From assembly GCA_963711585.1 (NCBI GenBank), contig CAVQEU010000002.1, forward strand, positions 175,711 through 239,710: DNA of 64,000 nucleotides, in the 5' to 3' direction. Below the pieces are notes generated by a model. That model saw only the letters and a list, made by a program, of their open reading frames with translations, made no database searches and was not told the origin of the DNA. Positions 54,785 through 63,689 of the stretch are shown piece by piece (position 1 is the first letter of the stretch; each line of letters opens with the position of its first letter). The stretch is from an uncultured Acidobacteriota bacterium (GTDB taxonomy: Bacteria; Acidobacteriota; Blastocatellia; Pyrinomonadales; Pyrinomonadaceae). The position numbers and the translations under genes are program-made.

Positions 54785-57700
54785 TCACGGCTTTTCGCCA
54801 AGCCGTTCGAGAAGGTCGCGCATTGTTCTTTCATCATTCCCACCTTGCTTGAGCAATTCACGGACGCGTTCCGCCAATTCGGCGTCGCTCCACGGAGTAC
54901 GCAGATAATAGGCAATTACGAGGGCGGCTGGTTGAATAAATAACCCTTCTATCTCGGAATAGCCCTGAATTAAACTCTCAAACTCCTCAGACTTGATGGT
55001 AGAGCAATATCTTCCGCTATCCCTAGACATAAGGCGTTGAGCGAGGATTGTTTGTGCAATCCCGCTCGACGACATTTCATCCTTACTACGAAGAATAGTA
55101 AACATCCGTCCGAGAATATCCGGTTCCGCTGGAGGATCCCAGACATTACTGGTGCCGAGATAAAACAACGCCCAATCAGCCGCGCAGATTTCAGCCGGTG
55201 AATCACTAAAAAGCAATGGTATCACCGCGGCTCCAAGACGCTGGAAAATCTCGGTATATTCTTCGAGAGGTTCTCGGTTTCTCTCAAGGTGAACGTATAG
55301 CTGCACGAAACCAAGCGCCCCTTCGCATCGGGCAATAAGTTCCTGGCTTGACAGGAACTCAAGAAACCGATTGGCTGCGTCTTTGTATTCTTCTCGATTC
55401 TCAGCTTCTATCGTTTGCCACCAAACAGCATGCCGTAGCGCCCATGTTAGTGCATTTAAGTTTCGTGTGGGGCTGAGCCAAGCCTTCCTAGCCTCTTCTC
55501 GTAGAATCGTGCCATAACGCCCTCTGGCAAGCGTTGCTGTGAAAGGGGCAACATCAAAAACATGTCCAACCCGAACCATCTCCTGCATAGCTGCGCGGAT
55601 AGTCTCTGGGCGGGCTGCTACTTCATCAGCCAAACAGTTGCCGAGTACGAGAACAAGCGGATTCCCGCCATAGGCCTCGGAATACTTAACTAGCGCAGTA
55701 ACCCGTTCTGTCAGTCGTTGAACCAGCGCGTCCGTAGCTTTCCCGCCAAGCGCAGCCGCGAGGGGGATGACCTCTCGCCATTCCTCATTTCCAAAATGCG
55801 GGTCAAGCACAGTGACAAAGGTGTCGTCGTCCTTGCGGTCTGGATGCCAGCCTTCGACCATGGCGCGGGCGGTGAGGAATTCCTGGAAGGTGAGGTGGCG
55901 GAATTCGTAGAACTCGACGAGGCGGCTGTCTTCCACGTCGTGGCCGGTCATCATCAAAAGGCTGCTGCGGTCTTCGACGCGGTGGATGAAGTCTTCGACG
56001 CTGCCCTGGACGAAGCCTAGTTCCGTGGGTAGGGCGTCGCGTGCTTCCTGTAGCAGTTTAGCGAGGCGCGGGCGGCTGACCTTTTGCACGCCTTCGAGCA
56101 TCATCGCCGAGGCGACGTAGCAGAGTTGCGGGAGCGCTTCGTCCTCGGGAATCGGGTCGTGCCCCTCCGTGTTCCAGGTCATCAGGAGGACTTCGACGGC
56201 TTTGCCGTAGAGGACGGCGCGGCGCGTTGGGAGCGAGCCGACCCAGCGCTTGACGAGCAGGAGTGTGGTTAGCAGCAGTGGGTTGATGGCTAGACGTTGA
56301 ATCCGGTCGTTGGCGCTGATAGTGCGTGCGAGTTGTTCGGCGTCGGCGCGGACCCTCTCCGTGTCGCCGACGACTTCGCGGTGCCACGCGACGGTCAGCC
56401 GTTCGATGTCTTCGGCGTTGAAAGGAGAGAGCGTGGCGCGCGTGCAGATTGCGGCCAGATGTGCGGCGACGTGGCGAAAGCCCGCCTCGCGCGAAGTGAC
56501 CACGAGCGCCGTGCCAGGATACGCCTGAATGGAAGTGCGTAGCATGCTGACAAAGGCCGCGCGGTCGCCGGGGTCTGAGATTTCGTCGAGCCCGTCAATC
56601 AGCAGGAGGACGCGCCCTTCGAGTAGCACGCGGTCAACGTAAGCGTGAAAAGTCGTGGCGTGCTGGCGCACGGGCTCCCTGGCGGAGAGCGCCGCTATCA
56701 AATCCGCGAATGAGCCGCGCGCCAGCTCGCGCAGCTCGCGGCAGCGAAAGAAGATTGGAAACCAATCTCGCTGCGGCAGGTCATCGGCGGCCCTCTCGCG
56801 CCTGGATGAATCGGCGTAGGCGACGGCGAGGCGCTTGAGCAGCGTTGACTTTCCACCGCCCGGCGCGGCGAGCAGTGCCAGGCGCTCGTGGTCTCTGAGG
56901 ACAGCGCCGACCTGCTGACGCTTCACCTGTTCGTCAATGTCCAGATGCAACGGCACGAACAGGCTTTCGAGTTGAAGCCGGCGAGAGCCTACGTCGCCGT
57001 CCGCCGGCAGCCCGTCGAGGTGAATGTAACCGCACTCCTCCGTGAGGTAGCGCTCGTAAGCCTTAAGAGCAGCGTTCACCTGTTGCTCGTCATCAACGGG
57101 CTGCGGAGGCACGGGGTTGAGACAGGTCAGTTGATGCAACGAGCCGCCGCACACGCGGTCGGCGTCAATAATCTCGTCGGCGACGACGCGCGCGAGCGGC
57201 GTGCCGTCGGCGTGTATCAGCGCGAAGTGCGTGCGCCCTTTGCCCTGCGTGTAGTAGATGGCCCAAATCCAGCCGCGCTCGTGGGCCAGAAGCTCAGCCT
57301 CCGTGTCGAGCGTCAGCGCGTCGTGCGCCGAGCTACAACGCCCTGCCAACTCTGTGGCGCGCTCCCTCTGTATCAGGCTTCGACCCTTGATCAATTCGTC
57401 CACGACTTCTGGGCCGTCCAGGAGAACAAGCTTCGTCGGCCGGCGATTCTTCTCCTGTTCGACGGCGGTTTCTTTAAAGCCTGCGAGGGAGATGAAGTAA
57501 CCCGTCGCGGGAAGCTCACTCGACCCTCGTTCGGCGTCGAGCGCGCCGACAAACTTATTCAGGTCATCGCCCCCGACACGATCGGCCGTGGCCTTACACT
57601 CGCCGATGGCGCGGCGTCGTTCGAGGCGATGGTCGGCGGCGAGGTCAAGCTCGCGTCCGGCTTTATGAATATTGAGGCGAGGCTGTTCGTAACCGAGCGC

Positions 57701-57793
57701 GACGAAGAGATCTGCCATCAGCCGGCCGAAGAGGTCGCCGCGCCGGTTGTTGTCGTTTTCCAGAATGCGGATTTGAGTAGTGTGAGACAACAT
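54785..57793 (-). CDS. STAND NTPase: N-terminal Mrr-like PD-(D/E)xK nuclease + NACHT-type P-loop + C-terminal helical repeats (candidate antiphage NLR-like protein)
   Basis: GRELDLAADH..AIGECKA (D..ExK). Walker A LLAAPGGGKSTLL and Walker B VLLLIDGLDE. VVTSR, and FRHLTFQEFLTA winged-helix motif. ~320-aa alpha-helical tail. Confidence 0.85.
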   Translation of the reverse strand: MLSHTTQIRILENDNNRRGDLFGRLMADLFVALGYEQPRLNIHKAGRELDLAADHRLERRRAIGECKATADRVGGDDLNKFVGALDAERGSSELPATGYFISLAGFKETAVEQEKNRRPTKLVLLDGPEVVDELIKGRSLIQRERATELAGRCSSAHDALTLDTEAELLAHERGWIWAIYYTQGKGRTHFALIHADGTPLARVVADEIIDADRVCGGSLHQLTCLNPVPPQPVDDEQQVNAALKAYERYLTEECGYIHLDGLPADGDVGSRRLQLESLFVPLHLDIDEQVKRQQVGAVLRDHERLALLAAPGGGKSTLLKRLAVAYADSSRRERAADDLPQRDWFPIFFRCRELRELARGSFADLIAALSAREPVRQHATTFHAYVDRVLLEGRVLLLIDGLDEISDPGDRAAFVSMLRTSIQAYPGTALVVTSREAGFRHVAAHLAAICTRATLSPFNAEDIERLTVAWHREVVGDTERVRADAEQLARTISANDRIQRLAINPLLLTTLLLVKRWVGSLPTRRAVLYGKAVEVLLMTWNTEGHDPIPEDEALPQLCYVASAMMLEGVQKVSRPRLAKLLQEARDALPTELGFVQGSVEDFIHRVEDRSSLLMMTGHDVEDSRLVEFYEFRHLTFQEFLTARAMVEGWHPDRKDDDTFVTVLDPHFGNEEWREVIPLAAALGGKATDALVQRLTERVTALVKYSEAYGGNPLVLVLGNCLADEVAARPETIRAAMQEMVRVGHVFDVAPFTATLARGRYGTILREEARKAWLSPTRNLNALTWALRHAVWWQTIEAENREEYKDAANRFLEFLSSQELIARCEGALGFVQLYVHLERNREPLEEYTEIFQRLGAAVIPLLFSDSPAEICAADWALFYLGTSNVWDPPAEPDILGRMFTILRSKDEMSSSGIAQTILAQRLMSRDSGRYCSTIKSEEFESLIQGYSEIEGLFIQPAALVIAYYLRTPWSDAELAERVRELLKQGGNDERTMRDLLERLGEKP

Positions 57794-58020
57794 GCGCCGA
57801 GGATATCACTTCCACCTGACTCAGGCGAGGTTGAGGTAACCCCGTTGTGCCGGCGATTCGTCACTTAACCTACGCATTTTTGACCCGCGTGGGCGCGTGA
57901 AATATTTCGCCCCAAAATCACATAAATATCAGGAAGAGTAATCAGGACGATTGCCTCCGACTGAAGCGCGAAGCCCCGTCGGATTTGAGAATGGCCCACC
58001 ACCCAAAGGAGAAGCGATTT

Positions 58021-59082
58021 ATGAGTCACAGAAGAACTGCCGTGTTCGCCTTCCTGTCTCTGTTCATCCTCGCCGGGGCAGCGCAAGGCCAGATGAAAGC
58101 CCACTTCATCAACGTCGGGCAGGCCGAATCAATCCTGCTGGAGTTTAAGACGGCCGCCGTCTTGATAGACGCCGGAGGTGAAGATACGGGGAACAACCGC
58201 GACAGAGACCGCCTGATAGGCTACCTGAACAGGTTCTTCGACAGGCGCACCGATCTCAATCGGACGCTTCGCAGCATCATCGTCAGTCATCCACACATAG
58301 ACCACACGAGGCTGATCATGAATGTCATGATGAACTTCAGGGTCAGAAGCCTGATTGACGGTGGGGGAAGAAGCGGGAGCGGAATCGGGCCTCTCAATCG
58401 GGCGCGGGCGCGCGCCACAGCGCTCGGCATCCCGCGCATCACAGTGAGGGACTCGGACATCGGCGAGGACGGGTTCACCCCTCAGATATTGGGCCAACTC
58501 CTCAGCTCGGCCTCGAACGTGGACATCAAGTTCCTCAGCGGCGGTTCCAGAAACTGTGAGGACCAAAATAACAACTCGCTAACCGTTCGCGTGGAGCACC
58601 GCGGGAAGAAGTTCCTCTTCACCGGAGACTCGGAAGAGGAGGACGCGGTCTGCGTCGGGGGGCAAATCGGGCGAATGATCGAACGCTTCGACGCTGATGA
58701 GTCCCACGACGGGCTGCTCGACGTGGACGTTTATAAGGTCGGGCATCACGGCTCGCGCAACGCCACCACCGAAGACCTTATGTTAGCCATGTCGCCCACC
58801 ATCTCCGTCATCTCGGCGGGGGACCGCGAGACGCGCGAGCCCGATGAGTTTCACGCCTTCTTTTTCGGGCACCCGAGGGAAGCCGCCGTCAAACTGCTGG
58901 AGGAATTTACGACCGGCGAGCGTCAGCCTCAGGTGACGGTCTACACGATGAGAGCCGTCAGGCGCATCAAGGACAATCGGGTGATGAGACAGGCCGTCTA
59001 CTGCACCTGCTGGGATAACAACGTCGTGGTCGAGGTGGGCGCGGACGGCTCCCTGCGTGACGTGCTGGTTAATCAACAATAA
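58021..59082 (+). CDS. secreted ComEC/Rec2-type metallo-beta-lactamase-fold hydrolase
   Basis: ATG follows AAAGGAGAAG. Signal peptide. FINVGQAESILLE, VLIDAGG, SHPHIDH, KVGHHGS motifs. Confidence 0.8.
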   Translation: MSHRRTAVFAFLSLFILAGAAQGQMKAHFINVGQAESILLEFKTAAVLIDAGGEDTGNNRDRDRLIGYLNRFFDRRTDLNRTLRSIIVSHPHIDHTRLIMNVMMNFRVRSLIDGGGRSGSGIGPLNRARARATALGIPRITVRDSDIGEDGFTPQILGQLLSSASNVDIKFLSGGSRNCEDQNNNSLTVRVEHRGKKFLFTGDSEEEDAVCVGGQIGRMIERFDADESHDGLLDVDVYKVGHHGSRNATTEDLMLAMSPTISVISAGDRETREPDEFHAFFFGHPREAAVKLLEEFTTGERQPQVTVYTMRAVRRIKDNRVMRQAVYCTCWDNNVVVEVGADGSLRDVLVNQQ

Positions 59083-59115
59083 CTCCCGGAAAGACGCGCC
59101 CGTCAGCAGAAAAGA

Positions 59116-59152
59116 TTAAGGCCGCCGACACGGGCGGCCTTAACTCTATTTT
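59116..59152 (+). terminator. rho-independent terminator of the MBL gene
   Basis: ttaaggccgcc - gacacg - ggcggccttaa followed by ctctatttt. Confidence 0.7.
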
Positions 59153-59246
59153 CTCGTCACGCCCGACGCTGTTCGAACTTTCTGTCGCTCCTATGTCTAC
59201 ATTCTTAGCGTTGCGGCCCGCAAGGGAGGCAGAGGCGAACAGCTCT

Positions 59247-59780
59247 TCATTTAGAAGTCGGCCTGCCCTCTGCCGCCTGGTGCTGCGGGGGCGCGAGCAC
59301 TTGCGTGTTCTGAAACGCAGCGATCTTCCACTCGCCGTTGTCTTTCGTCAGCATGAGCGTGAGGATCGCGTTCGTCTCGCGCATCTCCGCGCCTTCCCGG
59401 AACTTGTTGTTCCCGGTGACGTGAACCACGGCCACGTCGGGGCGTAGGAAACGGATTTGTTTGACCGACAGCTTGAGGGTCGAGTCTTTGTAGAACGTGT
59501 CGAAAATCCCCTGGTGCGCTTTGGCTATCGCGTCGCGCCCCTGGATGAACATCCCGTTGATGACTACGTAGTCGGCGTCCGTGGCGAAAGGCTTCGCGAA
59601 GAGAGCCCCGCTTTTCGTGTTCCAGCCCTCCTCCATCTGTCTCACGTTTTCGCGCAGCGCCGCTTCGTCCGCGACGCCGGTCTTTGTCATGCTCGCTTCC
59701 TGAGCCGAGGCGGTGAACGCGCACAGAATCAAGAGCGCGAAGGCGGTTGAAAGTTTCATGCTCGTAGACGGTCTTTTCAT
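59247..59780 (-). CDS. SgcJ/EcaC-family (DUF4440, NTF2-like) exported protein
   Basis: ATG 59780 follows GGAGGAGAAA. Signal peptide. ..LRENVRQMEEGWN..DADYVVINGMFIQGRDAI..FLRPDVAVVHV. Confidence 0.7.
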   Translation of the reverse strand: MKRPSTSMKLSTAFALLILCAFTASAQEASMTKTGVADEAALRENVRQMEEGWNTKSGALFAKPFATDADYVVINGMFIQGRDAIAKAHQGIFDTFYKDSTLKLSVKQIRFLRPDVAVVHVTGNNKFREGAEMRETNAILTLMLTKDNGEWKIAAFQNTQVLAPPQHQAAEGRPTSK

Positions 59781-59975
59781 TTTCTCCTCCGATGAATTTG
59801 GCACGGGCCGGGTCCGCGGACCCGTTTCACATACCGTGCGGTGAATTGATAGCGCCGAGCTGTTGGCTGGCGGCGTTGTCGGCGGGGCTTCCTGTCTTCG
59901 GCCCTCTTGTTGCCGCCCACTTCCGAAAGCGACGAACGAGACGAAAAGCGGCCACCCCTTCGGAAAATTTTTTCT

Positions 59976-59997
59976 TTTGCCCGGCGCGCCGGGCAAA
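59976..59997. promoter_or_regulatory. perfect 22-bp palindrome TTTGCCCGGCG/CGCCGGGCAAA upstream of the ECF sigma gene
   Basis: Seen directly. It lies ~60 nt upstream of ATG 60059, in the divergent intergenic region. Confidence 0.35.
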
Positions 59998-60058
59998 GGT
60001 GTTAGAATTCGCGCCGCTATTCGATGAGGTTGGACCGAACGGACCGAGGGCTCCAAAG

Positions 60059-60661
60059 ATGCAGACCATCTCGCCGCAGGAGGTAACACGGCTGCTCGCG
60101 GACTGGGGCAGGGGCGACAGGTCTGCCCTCGATAAACTCTTCCCGCTCGTCCACGCGGAGCTGCGCCGCATCGCCGGCAGCCAGATGCGCGGCGAGCGGC
60201 CAGGCCACACGCTGCAAGCCACTGCGCTCGTCAACGAGGCTTACCTCAGGCTCGCCGGTCAGGACTCTTTCGAGTGGCACGACCGCGCGCACTTCTTCGC
60301 CGTCTGCGCACAGGTGATGCGCCACATCCTGATAGACCACGCCCGCTCTCACGCACGCGACAAGCGCGGCGGCGGCGCGGTTCACGTCTCGCTCGACGAG
60401 GCGGCGGTCGCGGCCGTGGAAGAGGCCACGGACTTCGCCGCGCTCGACGAGGCTCTGAGCGCGCTCGAAGCCGTTGACCCGCAGAAGGGAAGGATTGTCG
60501 AGCTGCGCTACTTCGGCGGGCTGAGCATGGAGGAGACGGCGGAAGTCTTGAAGATTTCGCCGCGCACGGTGAGACGCGAGTGGCGGCGCGCGAAGGCTTG
60601 GCTCTATCGCATGATGACGGAAGGGGGCGAGGATGAAACCCGACCGCTGGCGGCAGGTTGA
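60059..60661 (+). CDS. ECF-type sigma-70 family factor (kinase-associated type)
   Basis: ..EVTRLLADWGRGDRSALDKLFPLVHAELRRIA..LQATALVNEAYLRL.. and the region-4 HTH EETAEVLKISPRTVRREW. Confidence 0.88.
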   Translation: MQTISPQEVTRLLADWGRGDRSALDKLFPLVHAELRRIAGSQMRGERPGHTLQATALVNEAYLRLAGQDSFEWHDRAHFFAVCAQVMRHILIDHARSHARDKRGGGAVHVSLDEAAVAAVEEATDFAALDEALSALEAVDPQKGRIVELRYFGGLSMEETAEVLKISPRTVRREWRRAKAWLYRMMTEGGEDETRPLAAG

Positions 60662-63470
60662 CGAGCTGTTCGAGGCCGCGCTCAATCGTGCGGAAGGGGA
60701 GCGCGCAAGCTTCCTCGACAAGGCTTGCGGCGGCGACGCGAGCCTGCGGCGTGAGGTCGAGAAGATGCTCGACTTCGACGAGCGGGCCGCCGACTTCATG
60801 GAGGACGATGTCTTCAACCTCGTCACCGTTTTGATGACGGGCGAGGCGCTGCGCCCTCCGAAGGGGCCAACGGCCGCAGCGCAGGAGGGGTCGGCCAAAC
60901 AATCGCGGCCTTCCTTCTCGGCAGACTCGATTGACGACGCCAGGTTCGTGCCGGGCGACGTGCTCTCGGAGCGCTACCGCATCTTCGGCCTGCTCGGCCG
61001 TGGCGGGATGGGCGAGGTTTATCGCGCCGACGACCTCAAGCTCAAACAGGCGGTCGCGCTGAAGTTCCTACCCGAATCTCTGTCGGCGAGCGGCGCGGCG
61101 CTGGCGCGCTTCTACAAAGAGGTCAGCGTCGCAAGGCAGATTTCTCACAGGCACGTCTGCCGCGTCTACGACGTGGGCGAGTACGAGGGGCAACATTTCA
61201 TCTCGATGGAGTTCGTCCGCGGCGAAGAACTCTCGTCGCTCCTCAAGCGCATCGGCCGCCTGCCGCAGGGCAAGGCCGCGGAGGTCACGCGCCAACTCTG
61301 CGCGGGGCTCGCCGCCGTGCACGAGCGGGGCGTGCTCCACCGCGACCTGAAGCCCGCGAACATCATGGTGGACGAGCGGGGCGACGTGCGCATCACGGAC
61401 TTCGGCATCGCCGCGCTCGCCGAAGAGGTGAGCGGGCGCGAGGCGATGGCGGGGACTCCCGCCTACATGTCGCCCGAACAGCTCGAAGGGAGCGAGCTGA
61501 CCGTCAGGAGCGACATCTACAGCCTGGGCCTAGTGCTCTATGAAGTCTTCACGGGCCAGAAGGCTTTCGAGGCGGCGGGCTTGCCGGAGTTGCTGCGCCT
61601 GCGCCGCAGCGACACGACGCCCACCAGCCCCTCGCAACTCGTCCCGGACCTGGACCCGCTCGTCGAGCGAGTCATCCTGCGCTGTCTCGAACGTGACCCG
61701 TCGAAGCGCCCGGCCTCGGCGCTGCAAGTCGCGGCGGCGCTGCCCGGTGGCGACCCGCTCGCCGCTGCGCTGGCGGCCGGCGAGACGCCCTCGCCGGAGA
61801 TGGTCGCCGCCGCGCCGAAAGAAGGCGCGCTCAGGCCCGCGGTCGCCGTCTCGCTCCTTGCCTCCTTCCTCGTTATCGTCGCGGCCCTCTGCTTTCTCTC
61901 GAAAGACGTGGCGCTGTACAGGCAAGTGCCTTTAGACAAATCGCCGGAAGTGCTGCGCGACCGCGCGACCGAAATCATCAAGCGGCTCGGCTACGCTGCG
62001 CCTCCCGCCGACAGCGCTTACGGCATGGACATGGACCGCAGGTATCTGAGCCACGTGCGCGAAACGGACGCTTCGCCCTCGCGCTGGGAGAGATTAAGAG
62101 CGGGGCAGCCCGCCGCCATCTATTTCTGGTACAGGCAGAGTCCCGGCCCATTCGACATCTCGAACGGCGAGGAGGTCGGAGAAAACAGGCCCGCGCCGGA
62201 CTCGCCCGGCATGATTACGCTGACGCTCGACACGCTCGGGCGCTTGCGCTCCTTCCGCGCCGTGCCGCCGCAAAGAGGGTCTGCGCCGCAGGACGCGCCC
62301 GCCCCGGACTGGTCAATTCTGTTCACGGAGAGCGGACTCGACCCGGCGAAGTTCCAACCCACCCCGTCCACCTGGACCCCGCCCCACGAGTCCACGCACC
62401 GCGCCGCCTGGGACGGCCAGTACCCGTCGCGGCCTGAATTCAGGACGCACGTCGAGGCGGCCGTCTACGAGGGCAAGCCGGTCTATTTCGAGTTGATAGA
62501 CGACTGGGATCAGCCGCTCGAACAGCAATCGTCTTCGGTGAGCCCGAAGGAGCGCGCTCTGCTGGTTATTCTGCTCACGGTCTTCATCACCGTGATGGTG
62601 GGCGGCGCGTTCCTGGCCTGGAGAAACTTGCGGCTGGGCCGAGGCGACCGCAAAGGCGCGTTTCGTCTCGCCGCTTTCATGTTCGCGGTCTTCTTTCTAC
62701 GCTGGCTCTTCGCGCAGCACCACGTCCCGACGGAGGACGAGGCGCTGAACTTCATCTCTAACGTGCAGAGAGCGTTGTTCTGGTCGTTCTTCTTCTGGGT
62801 CGTCTATCTCGCGTTCGAGCCTTTTGTCAGGCGGCGCTGGCCCGGCCGCATCATCTCTTGGAGCCGTCTGCTGGCGGGCGGCTGGCGCGACCCGCTCGTC
62901 GGGCGCGACATACTCATCGGCGCGGTCTTCGGCGTCGGCGTCATCCTCTGCAACTTTTTCTTCGCCAGCCTCGTCCCGAAAATCTTCGGCTACCCGACTC
63001 CCATCCCGTGGTTCGACGCCGGGGCCACACAGCTACTCGGGGTGCGCTCGTTCGCTCACGGCGCTCTGCTTCAAATCTTCGCCGCCATTCTTCAATCATT
63101 CATTCTGCTGTTCTTCCTGTTTCTGCTCTACCTCATCCTCCGCAAGGACTGGCTCGCCGCGCTCGTCGTCTGGCTAATCGGTGCGTCCGCCCTGAGTTTG
63201 ACACACGAGACCCGCGCGGGCGTGCTGTTGGCTTCCGTGGCCGCCTTCCTGGTCGTGTGGGCGCTCTATCGTTACGGGTTGCTGTCGCTCATCTCGGCGA
63301 TCTTCTTCCTCCACCTGACCATCTTTTTCCCAATCACGTCGGACTTCACCGCCTGGTACGCGGGCGACTTCGTGCTGGTCCTGGCTCTCTCGGTGGCGGT
63401 CGCCGTTTACGGCTTCTACACGTCGCTCGCAGGGCAGTCGCTCTTCCGCACAGGGCTACTGGACGACTGA
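60633..63470 (+). CDS. Ser/Thr protein kinase with N-terminal sigma-associated segment, one TM helix, an extracytoplasmic region and a polytopic C-terminal membrane domain
   Basis: Overlaps the sigma gene by 29 nt. GRGGMGEVY, AVALK, HRDLKPANIM, DFG, PAYMSPE motifs. Many hydrophobic helices in the last ~300 aa. Confidence 0.9.
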   Translation: MKPDRWRQVDELFEAALNRAEGERASFLDKACGGDASLRREVEKMLDFDERAADFMEDDVFNLVTVLMTGEALRPPKGPTAAAQEGSAKQSRPSFSADSIDDARFVPGDVLSERYRIFGLLGRGGMGEVYRADDLKLKQAVALKFLPESLSASGAALARFYKEVSVARQISHRHVCRVYDVGEYEGQHFISMEFVRGEELSSLLKRIGRLPQGKAAEVTRQLCAGLAAVHERGVLHRDLKPANIMVDERGDVRITDFGIAALAEEVSGREAMAGTPAYMSPEQLEGSELTVRSDIYSLGLVLYEVFTGQKAFEAAGLPELLRLRRSDTTPTSPSQLVPDLDPLVERVILRCLERDPSKRPASALQVAAALPGGDPLAAALAAGETPSPEMVAAAPKEGALRPAVAVSLLASFLVIVAALCFLSKDVALYRQVPLDKSPEVLRDRATEIIKRLGYAAPPADSAYGMDMDRRYLSHVRETDASPSRWERLRAGQPAAIYFWYRQSPGPFDISNGEEVGENRPAPDSPGMITLTLDTLGRLRSFRAVPPQRGSAPQDAPAPDWSILFTESGLDPAKFQPTPSTWTPPHESTHRAAWDGQYPSRPEFRTHVEAAVYEGKPVYFELIDDWDQPLEQQSSSVSPKERALLVILLTVFITVMVGGAFLAWRNLRLGRGDRKGAFRLAAFMFAVFFLRWLFAQHHVPTEDEALNFISNVQRALFWSFFFWVVYLAFEPFVRRRWPGRIISWSRLLAGGWRDPLVGRDILIGAVFGVGVILCNFFFASLVPKIFGYPTPIPWFDAGATQLLGVRSFAHGALLQIFAAILQSFILLFFLFLLYLILRKDWLAALVVWLIGASALSLTHETRAGVLLASVAAFLVVWALYRYGLLSLISAIFFLHLTIFFPITSDFTAWYAGDFVLVLALSVAVAVYGFYTSLAGQSLFRTGLLDD

Positions 63471-63527
63471 GTAAGGGGAGGGGCGAACGCCGGGCGCACG
63501 GGGCGGTGCGGTCAGGCCGATTAAGTA

Positions 63528-63556
63528 TTGACCGGCGGCCGACATAGACGTAGAAT
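63528..63556 (+). promoter_or_regulatory. candidate sigma70-type promoter (TTGACC-N17-TAGAAT)
   Basis: Seen directly, ~135 nt upstream of ATG 63690. Confidence 0.4.
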
Positions 63557-63689
63557 CGCCCGGCGAACGAATCAACAGACTGGCCTCAGAGTCACCTCGC
63601 ATCTCCCCGTCCAGCCTTCCGCGATTCCTACGCGGCCTCGAACCCGACTTGGAGCCCTTTAGCTATCTCACACAAAGCGCGGGGACAAT

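Noticed and set aside
56888-57868. 326-aa plus-strand ORF
   Set aside because: It is antisense to the nuclease/NACHT part of the STAND gene, which has clear catalytic motifs. This is a shadow ORF.
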